DNA of 64,000 bases from Escherichia phage CMSTMSU, in the sequence record MH494197.1, one strand, 5' to 3'. Positions 12,159 to 30,751 of this stretch are shown here, in pieces. Each line of letters begins with the position of its first letter. The first letter of the stretch is position 1. The notes under the pieces are model-generated. The model did not search any database. It saw nothing but the letters and a program-made list of their open reading frames with translations, and was not told the DNA's origin. Made by a program: the position numbers and the translations under genes.

Positions 12159-12191
12159 TGTATCATCAATGCTTTGTTTGTCTCAAAAATA

Positions 12192-12212
12192 TCGGGACAT
12201 TAAATGCCCCGA
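12192..12212 (-). terminator. rho-independent terminator
   Basis: CGGGACAT-TAA-ATGCCCCG hairpin followed on the minus strand by ATATTTTTGAG. Confidence 0.45.
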
Positions 12213-12218
12213 CAATTA

Positions 12219-13010
12219 TTATTTTACCAGAAGTAATTGTAATTCAGCACTAGGACTAAATTCATCATCACTCCAGTACTTGTGAACCTTCTCTGGACTA
12301 GCCTTAGCCAGTACTTCACCACCACCAACAATGTAGACTTGGTGTGAACCAATCAAACGGGTCCAGAATTTAATTGCATCATCAGTGTGAAGACTGTCGC
12401 TTAGTACTTTAATACCATGAGCAACCATATCCATAAAGATATTATAGATGATACCTTTAGTACCAGTTTTGGAGGCCGTAGCAGCAATCTCAAACACTTG
12501 TGGTACACCTACCACCGCATCATTAGACAAATGTCCACTAACGATAGCAAGCTGTTTACCAGCCTTATCATATGCAATAAACCCAGTACCATTCTTATTC
12601 ATAAACACATCATAATCTTTGTGTTCTGCGAACTTGACCATGTTGTGCTTACCTGTCATCTCGGCAGTTTTATCAACGAACTCATCACGGTCTTGGCCTT
12701 GGAAACTATCGAAACGTTGTGGCATTTCTTCCAATTTCTCTTTATGTTCTTCTTCACATGAATCCATTATATCACTAGTTCTGTCTTCTGTATCAGCTAA
12801 TTCTGCATCTTGTACAATATCAACCAAACCACGCATACTAGATTCTTTTACCTTATTAGGGAGTTTTGAACCTTTCTTAAGATTTCCCGCTTTTCGTCGG
12901 CGGCATTCCACTCTTTAGCTGCACTTTGTGAAATCCCTGCTTTTTGGCGAATTCAGGATTATGGCAGCAGCAGCGAAGAATTTCGCTTGGCTTTTACTTT
13001 TACTTGGCAT
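12219..13010 (-). CDS. hypothetical protein with DUF3008-like N-terminus, frameshifted
   Basis: ATG near 13010 gives MPSKSKSQAKFFAAAA, then shifts into ORF 12219..12911. Confidence 0.35.
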
Positions 13011-13058
13011 TATAAACTCCTAACTCTCTTCTCATCTTAACAATTGAGATATCTTGAT

Positions 13059-13715
<657 letters not shown>

Positions 13716-13728
13716 TTATATAAAGTAC

Positions 13729-14540
<812 letters not shown>

Positions 14541-14563
14541 TAATGATAGACTCCTGTAATTGA

Positions 14564-15147
<584 letters not shown>

Positions 15148-15176
15148 CTAATCTTGGAGTTTTAGGTTATATACTG

Positions 15177-15737
<561 letters not shown>

Positions 15738-15763
15738 TTACTTTGACAGTACAGGTTACCTTT

Positions 15764-16233
15764 TTACCCGAATTCAACTTTCTGGACATACGTTACGTTA
15801 CCCAAACGACGAACGAATGATTCCATTGCATCAACGTTGTTTTGGATAACAGTTGCGTTTGTGCCGCGACCTGTAGTTTTCATTACAATGTGTACTTGCT
15901 TACCTTCTTCTAAGAACTTACCTGCACTTTTCGCTTTAATAAGCAAATCATGCTCTTGAGTTCCGAAGTTGAATTGAATCTCTTTAGTACTAACAGTGTT
16001 TTGACGCTGTTTCTTCAAAGAGGCTTTTTCAGCCTGTTTCAATTCGTATTTGAATTTGTTCAGATCAGTGATTTTAACAGCAGGTTCATCACCTGCTCCA
16101 ATAACCACCAAATCCAGACCTTCAGTTTCTGCTAAAGCAAGTGCTTTAGAGATTGCCATGACTTCACTTTTACCTTCCGTAACTAGACGGACAGTTTTGC
16201 GGTGATTTCGTTATTGGCAATAATAGATTTCAT
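15764..16233 (-). CDS. infC: translation initiation factor IF-3-like protein, frameshifted near N-terminus
   Basis: ALALAETEGLDLVVIGAGDEPAVKITDLNKFKYE and KEIQFNFGTQEHDLLIKAKSAGKFLEEGKQV parallel both IF3 domains; N-terminal MKSIIANNEITAK(TVRLVTEG) is shifted by one base. Confidence 0.6.
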
Positions 16234-16256
16234 GTAATAAAAGCTCCGATATGGTT

Positions 16257-16496
16257 TTAATGTTCAATTCGATAGTAATTATAGCTAAGAACTAATGTTC
16301 TGTCAAGCACTATCATTATGTTTTTAATTGCTTCACAGATTGCTTGAACTTGCACTAGATAAGTTTTAGCAAACTCTGCTTGAGTACGCACACGTGGATT
16401 TGGTGCGTCTTTGATCATAAGTTCTAAATCATAAACTACTTTATCGAAAACACCCTTGTCTTCAATAATACGATCATAAAAGGTTTTGTCAGTCAT
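16257..16496 (-). CDS. hypothetical protein (79 aa)
   Basis: ORF only. Confidence 0.4.
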   Translation of the reverse strand: MTDKTFYDRIIEDKGVFDKVVYDLELMIKDAPNPRVRTQAEFAKTYLVQVQAICEAIKNIMIVLDRTLVLSYNYYRIEH

Positions 16497-16519
16497 GTCA
16501 AGAACTCCATGTGGTTAAA

Positions 16520-17086
16520 TTATAATTTTACGTAAGAAACTACAGCAGCATCAGTTACAGAAGGTACGTTTAAGTACACATTCTCGTACTCAATGAAATC
16601 AACAGTGGTAGTAGATAGTGCATCTTTAACACGTTGGATTGTTTTCTGTACAGAAATTTCTTGATTCTCAATTGCATTAGTACCATCACCTTTAAGTGAT
16701 TCGTTTAACAATTCTTGAATAACTTCTGCTGCTTTAGCAGTTTTAAGATCAACAGTGGTTAGTGCAGCTTGTTCTTCAACGCTTAGAGTGCTTAGGAATG
16801 GCTCGTAGCTGATATAACCCACATTGATGGTTGCACCAGTTGGAATAGTTGCTGCTGTGCGGGTAGCAAATTCAACAGTACAATACACTGGGACAGAATA
16901 AGTTGATAGTAGGCGTGTAACCTGTAGGTAACGTAGTAGTGCTACAGACTTGTCAATTGTTTGTTGGTCGGTTGGTGCAGTTGTTGGGGAAGATGAATCA
17001 TAATCTTCATACATATAATAAGGAATATTATCTAGATTTGTCCCTGCAACTTCAATTTTGAATACTTGTAGTAAATTGTTCATTGT
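16520..17086 (-). CDS. hypothetical protein
   Basis: ORF 16520..17107, likely start MNNLLQVFKIE. Confidence 0.4.
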   Translation of the reverse strand, partial: TMNNLLQVFKIEVAGTNLDNIPYYMYEDYDSSSPTTAPTDQQTIDKSVALLRYLQVTRLLSTYSVPVYCTVEFATRTAATIPTGATINVGYISYEPFLSTLSVEEQAALTTVDLKTAKAAEVIQELLNESLKGDGTNAIENQEISVQKTIQRVKDALSTTTVDFIEYENVYLNVPSVTDAAVVSYVKL

Positions 17087-17166
17087 ATATTCTTCTCCAT
17101 AATACAAAACACTTTTGATTATTTATTGTTAAGAATCAAAATTATTTATGTATATCATTTAGTCTA

Positions 17167-18501
17167 TTAGAATCGTGCATTCTGACGCAACATAACATTG
17201 TAACGCGGTCGTGTCATAGCAGTGTATAGGATTCTGCATTTTGTATCGTTAGTTCCGATACGCTCAATAAAATCAGTATCAAACCAGATGTTATCGAATG
17301 TACTTCCTTGTGATTTGTGAACAGTTGTTGCATAAGGATAGTTGATAATATGTAATTTGTTTTAATCACATAGTAATCTTGCCACATATATGGTTTCTTT
17401 GTCAATGGGTTGATTTCTTTTTCTCAATGTTTTAACTAGTTCATCGAGTTTAGCTTCCATTGCAATTCTCGTTTCTGGTCCTACACCTAAGATGTAGCTA
17501 CCATTTGGTAAACGGAATTGCCAACAATCAATACCCATGAAACTTTCGGTTTTCACATCAGGACATTGGATGATTTGCTGAACCACATATGGACTGTTCT
17601 CAGTGATGCTTTCAAAGACAATCGGTTCACCTTTTGTGAATTCCTCTGGTACTTCAAACAATTGGCTACGAATGTAGATGTTAGCCAAGTTCACACGGTA
17701 GTTGGTGTATGCCAAGATTTTATTTTCATTAACAAAATCAAATATCTTCTTAGCTGAACCTTTGTTCTCCATAATGAATTCACGGTAAACTTCCAAGAAA
17801 AGATCTTCATCTTCAATTGGTGTAATAGTACTCAGACCATGTGTCTGGTGCATAATATCAAACGGGTTCTTGGAAGTACCTATGCACTCGCGGATTGCAG
17901 TTGCAATTGCAAGTATAGGGTTATCCAACGCTTGACGTAAAACTTCTGTTAATTCATATTGTACTGGAACATCAAAAGTAGGGGAAAGCTTAGTTTCTCC
18001 TATTGTTCCTTCTGATTCAACTGGAGGCAACTGACAGCGATCACCGATGAATAAAACCGCTCGGCGAACACGCCACAATTGATCCTGAATGTGTTGAAAC
18101 AGTTCTTCTGAAATCATACTACATTCATCGACAATTAGAATATCAACATTAGTATTACTAACTTTACTTTGTGGGTCATGCTTCAGTACTTGACGATTCT
18201 TTTCATATACTAGTTTTAAACCTAGAAATGAGTGAATAGTACTAACCTGTGCATCTTCTTTAGTTAACCCAGCATTGTTGATTAGCATATTGCGAATAAC
18301 AGAGTTTGCCTTGTGTGTTGGCGATGTTACTGCAATATTGTAATTTTACATAGTGCTTTAACAATCTCAGCAGTAGTGAATGTTTTACCTGTACCGCTGG
18401 TGCTGACAGTACTGATATAGTTTTACCTGCATAATTATAAACACGATCTACAAAATTATCAAAATTTCTTGTTGCTTATCCGTAAGCTTAATTTTACTCA
18501 T
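17167..18501 (-). CDS. dda: Dda-like SF1B DNA helicase, frameshifted
   Basis: Walker A SGTGKTFTTAEIV (shifted frame near 18400), ILIVDECSMIS, LFIGDRCQLPPV, C-terminal ATTVHKSQGSTF..TAMTRPRY in a third frame. Confidence 0.8.
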
Positions 18502-18526
18502 CGTTCCCTCGACTGATTATTACACT

Positions 18527-19819
<1,293 letters not shown>

Positions 19820-19841
19820 TTATTACTTTAACTCCATATAA

Positions 19842-22395
<2,554 letters not shown>

Positions 22396-22522
22396 TTAAG
22401 TGTTCGATTGGTTCTTTTCACATTCGACTTAGGAAAATTCTCATTAATTTTAGACAATATATACTGCATCATCAATACCTCAATTATTTGCGGTTTGCTT
22501 TTTAGACTTATTAGCCATTTTA

Positions 22523-22741
<219 letters not shown>

Positions 22742-22776
22742 TCATTATAGCACAGTTCTGGTGTTTGTCCTAAATT

Positions 22777-23031
22777 TTATTCGGTTGGTACAAACATGAC
22801 AATGTGTGCCTGAACAACTCTAGTACCATCTACCAGCACAAGACCATTTGGACAAACATCAGATACTGCACCAGTCACCTTAAATCCACCAGTTAGGTAG
22901 AAGTCATAGATAACATTACGCTCAATTGTAAAAATATCACTCATATAAATTCCATAAGAAAGGGATTCATAGAATCCTGTTAGTTTTATTTTATAGTTTA
23001 AATGGCGAGAATGTATCTCCTTGGATATCAT
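22777..23031 (-). CDS. hypothetical protein (84 aa)
   Basis: ORF only. Confidence 0.3.
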   Translation of the reverse strand: MISKEIHSRHLNYKIKLTGFYESLSYGIYMSDIFTIERNVIYDFYLTGGFKVTGAVSDVCPNGLVLVDGTRVVQAHIVMFVPTE

Positions 23032-24110
23032 TCACAATACCACCAATGATATAAGAACTGATTTCAGTTTCTTGTGGTGCTACCTGTACAGAACTACCAC
23101 TTACCCAGTGTTCAGTCCACGGTAGTGGGTTACTCTTGGATACAGTATATGGACATTTGATACCAAGTGCCGTCATACGCTTAGAACCAATCCATCGGAC
23201 ATACTGTTTAAGAATTTCAGAGTTCAATCCAATAATAGAACCATCTTTAAAGAGGAAATCTGCCCATGCTTCTTCTTGGCGAATAGCAGACATAAACATT
23301 TCCAGTACTTCATCATAGCACTCTTCGGCAATTTTTACCATATCTGGATCTTCTTTCTTTAGAAGACGTAAAATCATTTGTGTTGCTGCGAGATGAAGGT
23401 TTTCATCACGACAAATTAGACGAATAATCTTTGCATTACCTTCCATGAGGTTGTTCTCTGCAAATGCCCATGAACAAGCAAAACTAGCATAAAACGAACA
23501 CCTTCAAGAATGTTAATACTATTCAAACATAACCATAGTTTTTCTTTAGATCATACATATTAATTTCAATAGTTTTACCATTAACAGTATGAGTGCCTTC
23601 ACCTAATGCACGATACAATGTTCCTAGTTCATCAAGGTCATCATAGTATTTTGAAATATCAGCAGCACAATCAGTGATTTCTGAAATGTCCAACATAGTA
23701 TCAAAAACTTCAGATGGATTAGGATAAATGTTACGAATAATATGTGTATATGATTTACTATGAATAGCACCTTCAAAGAACGCCCATGTTTCAATAAAGT
23801 TTTCAAGTTCAGGTAGAGATGCATATGGAAGTAGCATTAGATTAGGACCACGACCTTGAACTGAATCAAGAAGGATTTGACGTTTTAAGTTTGATGTAAA
23901 GATATGCTTCTCAGAATCATTGAGGTTAGCAAAATCAATTTTATCTTTAGATACGTCAACTTCACCGTGTCCAGAAGAAACTTTTCTGTTGTTCAGTTAG
24001 TTTTTCAAGTGTAGAGTATTTGTTACTTTCAAAGCGTTGAATATCAACACTTTCATCAAAAACATATTCTTTTCTAGGTGAGACTTCTCATTAATTTTGA
24101 AAACTGACAT
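22991..24110 (-). CDS. nrdB: ribonucleotide reductase small subunit NrdB, frameshifted
   Basis: WAFFEGAIHSKSYTHIIRN and CRDENLHLAATQ iron-centre motifs; three fragments in different frames. Confidence 0.85.
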
Positions 24111-24130
24111 ATATATTCCTTTATATTTGG

Positions 24131-24146
24131 AAAGATTAATCCGCCG
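24131..24146 (-). promoter_or_regulatory. intercistronic hairpin between nrdA and nrdB
   Basis: ATCCGC-CGAA-GCGGAT stem-loop between the nrdA stop (24161) and the nrdB RBS. Confidence 0.35.
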
Positions 24147-24160
24147 AAGCGGATCTTTAA

Positions 24161-26471
24161 TTAGATCTTACAACTATCACAATCACCTTCATCTAAGTCA
24201 GGTAGTGTAGGTAACACAAACTGTCCAGATTCTGGTTTTGCAGCTTCTTTTAGTACTTTCTCAACATCCACTTCATCAGAACCATCATTAGTATTATGAT
24301 AGTACAGATTTTTCAAACCAACTTTGTATGCATACATTAGTTCAGTTAGTAGTGTTGACATTGGCAACTTACCATCAGGAAGTGTGCTGGATTGTAACTG
24401 GTATTCACACTAATACTTTGGTCAATGTATTTCTGAAGAACACCACAGATTTGTAGATAACCGATGTTATCTTTCTGATCCCATAGTAAATCATATTTGT
24501 TTTTCAACTTATTGATTTCAGGAACGACTTGTTTAAGAATACCATCTTTAGATAGTTTCTTAGTTACAAGTGAACGAGGTTTCTCAATACCATTAGTACT
24601 GTTACTGATTTGTGCACTAGTTTCTGCTGGCATCAGTGCCATAGTTGTTGCGTTACGAATACCATATTGTTTGATATCCTGACGCAATGTTTCCCAATCT
24701 TGTTTTAGTTCAGGAGATACCAACGCATCAATATCTTCTTTATAGGTATCAATTGGTAGAATACCTTTAGCATATTTTAGTGTGTCAAAACCTTCACACT
24801 TACCTTTCTCTTTAGCAAGCTGTACAGAAGATTTAATTAGATAATAAGACCATGCTTCAGCCCACTCGTTAACTGTTTCCAATGCAGCTTCATTGTAACG
24901 CAAACCACGTTTAGCAAGGAAGTATGCAAAGTTAATGATACCAACACCTAATGGGCGATACATTTTAGTTGCACGGTCAGCATGAACTACTGGGTAGTCT
25001 TGATAATCCAATAGAGAATCAAGAGCACGTACAGAAAGATCACATGCAGTTTCCATATCTTCTGGACGATCAAAGTTGCCCCAGTTGATTGCACTCAAAG
25101 TACATAGACTAATCAAACCTTCACCAGTATTAATATCATCAAATGGCACAGATGGTAGTGCGATTTCTTGACACAAGTTGGATTGTTCAATTGGTGCAAT
25201 TGATTCAATAAAGGTTGAGTGTGTGTTTGCATGGTCAATGTTTTGAATATAGATACGACCAGTTTCTGCACGCTCAGTCATTAGAGTACTGAATACTTCA
25301 ACAGCAGATACAGATTTTTACGAATGCTTGGGTCAGCTTCATACTTCTTGTATAGCTTTTCAAATTCTTTTGGTTAGAACAGAATGCTTCATATAGTCCG
25401 GAACTTCATTAGGACTAAAGAATGTAATATTCTTGCCATCAACTAAACGTTGATATAGTGTTTTGTTCACTTGGAAACAATAGTCAAGTTGTCGAACACG
25501 GTTGAACTCAGTGCCTTTGTTATTTTTCAGTACTACAAGATTGTCAAATTCCAAATGCCACAATGGGAAGTGGACGGTTGCTGCACCACCACGTACACCA
25601 CCTTGAGAGCAGCTTTTAACGGTCTTAGCAGTTGATGCAATGAAAGGAATCAAACCAGTGTGTACTGCATCACCTGAACGAATCTCGAGTCCAGAGCACG
25701 AATGCGGCCCATATTGATACCAAGTCCAGCTTTACGGGAAATATAACGTAGGATAGCGTGGTTAGAAGAACCAATACTATCTAGACTATCTCCAACGTTT
25801 AGTACTACACAAGAACTAAACTGACGTGTATTGGTACGTAGACCAGCCATGATAGGAGTCGGGAGACTGATATCAAAGTTACTAACAGCATCATAAAACT
25901 TCTTAACATAAGACATACGTACAGAGCGATCATACTCCATAAAGATGATTGCTGCAATGGTCATATATGCCATTTGTGGAGTTTCGTAGATTTTCTTAGT
26001 TACGCGATTCTTATATAGATACTTTCCTTCCCACTGACGCATAGCAACATAAGTGAATTTATCATCACGTTTATGTTTGATGTAACGTCCAAGCTCTTCA
26101 ATTTCTTGAAGTGTGTATTTCTCAAGAATTTCTGGATCATAGATTTTTGTATCTACCATTTCTTGTAGATGTGCAGTGTATTTGATAGGGTCATAGTCGC
26201 CATACACTTGCTTACGGATACTATAATTTAGTAAGCGACCAGCAACGTATTGGTAGTTTGGTGTATCTTCAGAAATAAGTTCTGCTGCTGATTTAATCAG
26301 AATATCATGAATAGTATTGGTTTCAATACCTTCAAAGAATTGAAGTTGTGCACGAATTTCAATTTCGGAAACAGATACACCACTCAGCCCTTCGGCAGCA
26401 AAAATAAAATTTGATGGATCTTATCCAAAGATAACGGTTCTTTTTTCCATTACGCTTGGTTACGTTAATCA
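24161..26471 (-). CDS. nrdA: ribonucleotide reductase large subunit NrdA, frameshifted
   Basis: N-terminal MINVTKRNGKKEPLSLDKI, GRIYIQNIDHANTHSTF, SNLCQEIALP, C-terminal DEGDCDSCKI; fragments 25650..26207, 25360..25653, 24346..25281, 24161..24367. Confidence 0.9.
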
Positions 26472-26521
26472 TGTGTCATCCTTGTTATTTTGTTTATACA
26501 GTTCTTAAATTTTGTGGAAGA

Positions 26522-26540
26522 AAAAGGCGGGACGCCTTTT
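26522..26540 (-). terminator. rho-independent terminator
   Basis: AAAAGGCG-GGA-CGCCTTTT hairpin overlapping the stop of gene 26539..27119, about 50 nt upstream of nrdA. Confidence 0.55.
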
Positions 26541-27119
26541 AAGGTTTGTCCCACCCACGATATACAAATTCTATGTGGTATCCTGAATTTAAATAATCCG
26601 CATTAACTATGTCAAATTGCATATTTCCAGTACTTGAATCATAAACTGGATTACTAAACAGAATAGATAAAATTGCATCAGTACGACTTGTGTTATTCGA
26701 CTGTGCAATCATTGTTGAAGAACCAGCAGCAACAATTTGCACTGTACCTGATTCTAAAATAGTCTCATTGCTATTATACGCGATGTAGTCGATGAATACA
26801 CGACTTTCACTTTCAATAATAACTTCAACACTCTCTTGGTTTTGTGGAATGTCTACTTCAAATGGACGGTTGATGATTTTTGATACCGTTCTCCACGGTG
26901 AGAATTCGGTAATTATTTCCACGTTCTCTTTACCAGAGTTTGGATCAGTTTCCATGTACGCCCAGCAACTAAGCTTGCTGGGTCTGATGAGGAAGGTAGG
27001 CCGATGAATACACGACCCACATCAGTACTGAATCCTATCTGGCCTTTTTCCAACGCGTCTGGTAAGTCACGTTGCTTACCAGTTCTTACTTGCTGTAACG
27101 CAATTTGTTGTTGTGCCAT
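26539..27119 (-). CDS. hypothetical protein with tail-fibre-like N-terminal motif, frameshifted
   Basis: MAQQQIALQQVRTGKQRDLPDALEKGQIGFSTDVGRVFIG resembles conserved fibre N-termini; continues into ORF 26539..26955. Confidence 0.3.
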
Positions 27120-27276
27120 AAAACTATCTCCTATAGTATTATAGGATTATTTAGCGTTTTCTTTAACTTCAGCAATACGCTCATTGATTAGTTGAGATAC
27201 AACAGAGCTATCAACGGAAGAAAGAATTGATTCAGGAACTAGGGATTTCAAGTGTTTTACATAGTTTGCAACACTT

Positions 27277-27720
27277 TTAGTTCTTTGGTTTTAGTGCTTC
27301 TTTGATAATATCCAAATCTTCTTTTGAAGCTTCAACACGTTCAATAACAACAACGTCTTCTTCTTCAACAACAGGTGCTAGTTCTTCAGCGATTACTTGT
27401 ACTTCTTCAGATACTTTAATTTGTTCTTCAGTATCTACTACATATGATTCGATTACTTCTGGTGCAACATTACGAGATACTTCGTCAACACTAATATCTT
27501 CAGCAATTTTCTCTTTGATTACTTCTACTGGTTTTGCACCGCGAGATTTATAATCTTTAATATTAACTAAAAGTTTATTTGAAAGTTGTAGTTTGTCAAT
27601 TTCTTCATCACTTAGTTTGATTACTTCATCTAAGGAGTAGCCTTTACTTTCTAGTGCACGAATTGTATATAGGTCTTGTTTCATTTGTTTATGCTGTTCC
27701 ATTTGATTCAATTTCTCCAC
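27277..27720 (-). CDS. acidic hypothetical protein
   Basis: ORF 27277..27789, likely start MEQHKQMKQDL; Glu/Val-rich C-terminus. Confidence 0.4.
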   Translation of the reverse strand: MEKLNQMEQHKQMKQDLYTIRALESKGYSLDEVIKLSDEEIDKLQLSNKLLVNIKDYKSRGAKPVEVIKEKIAEDISVDEVSRNVAPEVIESYVVDTEEQIKVSEEVQVIAEELAPVVEEEDVVVIERVEASKEDLDIIKEALKPKN

Positions 27721-28262
27721 GTAAAATATAGTATTGCTCAACTCTACCAATCCACATATCAACCGCATCTTTGAAGTCTTGTCCTTCAATAACGAATTCT
27801 TGATATTGTAAATTGTTAGGATCTTTTCTTACACAGATGAAAATTACACCACGCTCAATATTTGTTCCAAACATTTGATTATGCGATAGTGCATATGCAG
27901 CGATTTGCATACGGTAATTTTCGATATGTTCCCATGTCTTTAATTTACGGGAATTCTTATAGTCCATGATAGAAGGAATCCATCATGAACCCCAACTAAG
28001 TCAGTTGTTCCAGCCCATAATCCTTCATAGAATAAAGGAACTTCCTGACCCACACTTCATTGATTCTAGGCCATGCTTCTTCTTGAATTTTGTCAGCCAT
28101 TTTACGTGCCAGAACTCGTATCGGCATACCACCTTGGTGGTCAGGCTTTCCATCCAGACGATATTCTAAGTTCTCGTGCATAAAAGTACCAACAGTACAT
28201 GCTTCTAATGTAATCTCATTAGCTTTCTCTTCACCAACAAATTCTCTCCATTTTTCAACCCC
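27689..28262 (-). CDS. PD-(D/E)xK-type nuclease (tentative), frameshifted
   Basis: GTFMHENLEYRLDG, TDLVGVHDGF, KLKTWEH, QIAAYALSHNQ across three frames. Confidence 0.4.
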
Positions 28263-28417
28263 TCATTGTCAGAGGTGGCACTAAGAATTGTTGTTACTGA
28301 CGGCAGATTCCTGTTGGAGTTGAATAAAGGCGACCTTCGGGGCCGCCTTCAATTCTTTGTAATCAACGTATGTATATCTGCTAACAATTGGTGGTGTGTA
28401 CATCCGTGTACTCCTAA

Positions 28418-28772
28418 TTATAGCATCGTATTTTTGTTTGTCTCAGTTTTATTGCTTATTTGCTGCAACAGCAGCTTTTGTTGCCAATCTTCAACTTGGT
28501 CTTCAGAGTTCTGTTCAACTTCACCAGTACTTTCTGAATCATTACCAGTAAATGTTACAACATCCGAATTCGCATCTTGCACAAATGGCAAAGAGTTTAG
28601 AATATCCATCATAACATTATAAGGAACATCAATGTTGGTTCGCTTTTGATTTCAGCGATTAAAGATTGTAGGTTCACTTCTTCGCGACCCGATGATACTA
28701 AAGACAACGCAATAGTAGTAATCATATTGCGTATGTCTTTACCGAGCCTCTTCTGTAAGATCTTGAAATCTC
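28418..28772 (-). CDS. hypothetical protein, frameshifted
   Basis: ATG near 28772 (MRFQDLTEEARKD..) then ORF 28418..28612. Confidence 0.3.
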
Positions 28773-28851
28773 ATTTAGATTCATCCTTAATTATTTTTAA
28801 CGTATCCTAGTACACGTTTAACTTTCTTCTCGTTCTCAGATAGCCAAGTTT

Positions 28852-29400
28852 TCATTTCTTCTTTGTTTTGAAGAATTTAGTACCTACAGTACCGCGAACA
28901 CTTTCCATCTTAATACCAATTTGAGTTGGTTTTACAGATTCTTTCATTTCACGTTCAGTTGGTACTGGCTCAGAAATAATATCTTCTTCGAAATCAGCAT
29001 CAGCACCCATGTCGAACGTTGGGGTGTCAGCAGCAATGTCGATATCAACATCTTCACTACCAATATCAGAAACTGCTGGACCATCAGTGATATCACCAGT
29101 TAGTTTTAAAGTTTCAGTACTGATTTTGTCTTTAACATCCATTAGAGTAGTAACTGCATGTTGAAGTAGGTGGCGAACGCTATCACTAAAGTTCTGTGCA
29201 GCATCAAGACCTTGTTCCGCTTTGATACGGTCAAGTAGTGGGCCTAGAACGTCAACGCCCATGTTGTTGATTACTTCAGACTGACGTTGTAGTTTGTCAA
29301 CGATTTCACCTTTAACAGAGAGAACGATTTCAGCTTTCTCAATATTAGATTCGTTCAATTTGATGAACTTCATTGCTTCAACACGTGAAGCAGATTCCAT
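28852..29400 (-). CDS. hypothetical acidic protein (182 aa)
   Basis: intact ORF. Confidence 0.4.
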   Translation of the reverse strand: MESASRVEAMKFIKLNESNIEKAEIVLSVKGEIVDKLQRQSEVINNMGVDVLGPLLDRIKAEQGLDAAQNFSDSVRHLLQHAVTTLMDVKDKISTETLKLTGDITDGPAVSDIGSEDVDIDIAADTPTFDMGADADFEEDIISEPVPTEREMKESVKPTQIGIKMESVRGTVGTKFFKTKKK

Positions 29401-29453
29401 TAGTTTTTGTAGTTAGACATTTGAATTTCCTTATAAAATATCACTAAATTTAT

Positions 29454-29744
29454 TTACTTTATATAACCTTCACTCTTTAGAAAGTTCAGTACACGCTCTT
29501 TGAGTTTGTATGCTTCAGCTTTCTTTTCAGCGATGATGATATCTAAATCTTTTGCTTCATCGTACTTCGACTCATTCAGAACACGTTGACGTTTCTGTGC
29601 AGCCTTCAATGCTTCGGTAATTACATTGGTGTATTGTAAACCGGAACTGATGATACCAAGAACTTTTGCATCTGTCAACATTCTTCCTTCGTTGAGAAGG
29701 TTTACTAGTGTTAGTGCAGCTTCATACATCATAATATTATTCAT
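29454..29744 (-). CDS. hypothetical protein (96 aa)
   Basis: ORF only. Confidence 0.4.
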   Translation of the reverse strand: MNNIMMYEAALTLVNLLNEGRMLTDAKVLGIISSGLQYTNVITEALKAAQKRQRVLNESKYDEAKDLDIIIAEKKAEAYKLKERVLNFLKSEGYIK

Positions 29745-30130
29745 GATAACTTGAGAACTATGATTACATTTAACACTGTATACTTTTGTTGATTTAGTAC
29801 CTTGAATTTTTCTTCTACTAAACTCCAGTTAGTTTTAGGTTTAGCAGGTGCACGTTGTACAACAGGTTGTGCTGGTTGGTGACCAAGCATGTGTTCATTG
29901 TATGGGGCGTGGAATGGAACAACATGTGGATGAGCCTGTTCTGGATCAACACCATAATTCATACCAGCTTCATTTAATGATGTCAATATGTCGGTCATTG
30001 CACCGATATCACCACCTGACTTGTAAGGAACACCAGACGCATTATGGGTTGCACCAGCTTCAATGTCATTCAAACCGCTTAACAAATCAGCCATCTGATT
30101 AACTGATTGTTGATCGTACTCGTAATTCAT
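29741..30130 (-). CDS. hypothetical protein (129 aa)
   Basis: ORF only. Confidence 0.4.
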   Translation of the reverse strand: MNYEYDQQSVNQMADLLSGLNDIEAGATHNASGVPYKSGGDIGAMTDILTSLNEAGMNYGVDPEQAHPHVVPFHAPYNEHMLGHQPAQPVVQRAPAKPKTNWSLVEEKFKVLNQQKYTVLNVIIVLKLS

Positions 30131-30751
30131 TTATTACTCCTAACAGTTGAATACTCTTCAGTACCGTCATCTTTCTCAACAATATTTAGGACTCCACGAG
30201 ATACCATTTTATCCGCTAGTTCCTGATAGTATTCGTTTACTTTTCAACTGGCACGGAACCTCGTGCCTTAATTTTCTGTAATAGTCTGTATTCTTCGTTG
30301 GAAACCATAGTGTTGTGACCATGAACATTAGGTACAGTTCTCATTATCGGCCTCGCATACGGTGACAGAAATCAATGATTTGATCTACCATCTCATCATT
30401 CTCTTGTTGTGCAGAGTTTGCTATTACACTTTCATCACCATAGATATCATCTTCTTTTCGATATCAGCGATTGCATGAATCATTTCACCCATACCGGTGC
30501 GTGTTGTGTTAGTGGAGATGGTGAATTTGGATTACCGTCTGGTTCCATACCGGCTCACCCATCACTTCACTATTAATTTCTTGTGGTGATTTCTCTTCAC
30601 GAATTGTAGTACTTTGATTTTGATTGTCAACTGGAGTTACATCATCCAAAGGAAAACATTCAATTCGTTTGGCTTAGTGCCACTTTTAGTTACTACTAAA
30701 GATTGCTGTGGGTTTTGTCCAGCATCGATACCAACAACAGGTTCAATTGAA

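Noticed and set aside
12417-12918. Plus-strand ORFs 12417..12761 and 12619..12918
   Set aside because: Antisense to the minus-strand gene 12219..13010; no RBS or promoter context.
22991-26471. Group I introns or inteins in nrdA, nrdB or DNA polymerase
   Set aside because: Fragmentation is explained by single-base frame shifts with contiguous homology; there is no inserted block of non-coding or endonuclease-coding sequence.
28266-28622. Plus-strand ORF 28266..28622
   Set aside because: Antisense to minus-strand coding sequence and crosses the GC-rich hairpin; no start context.
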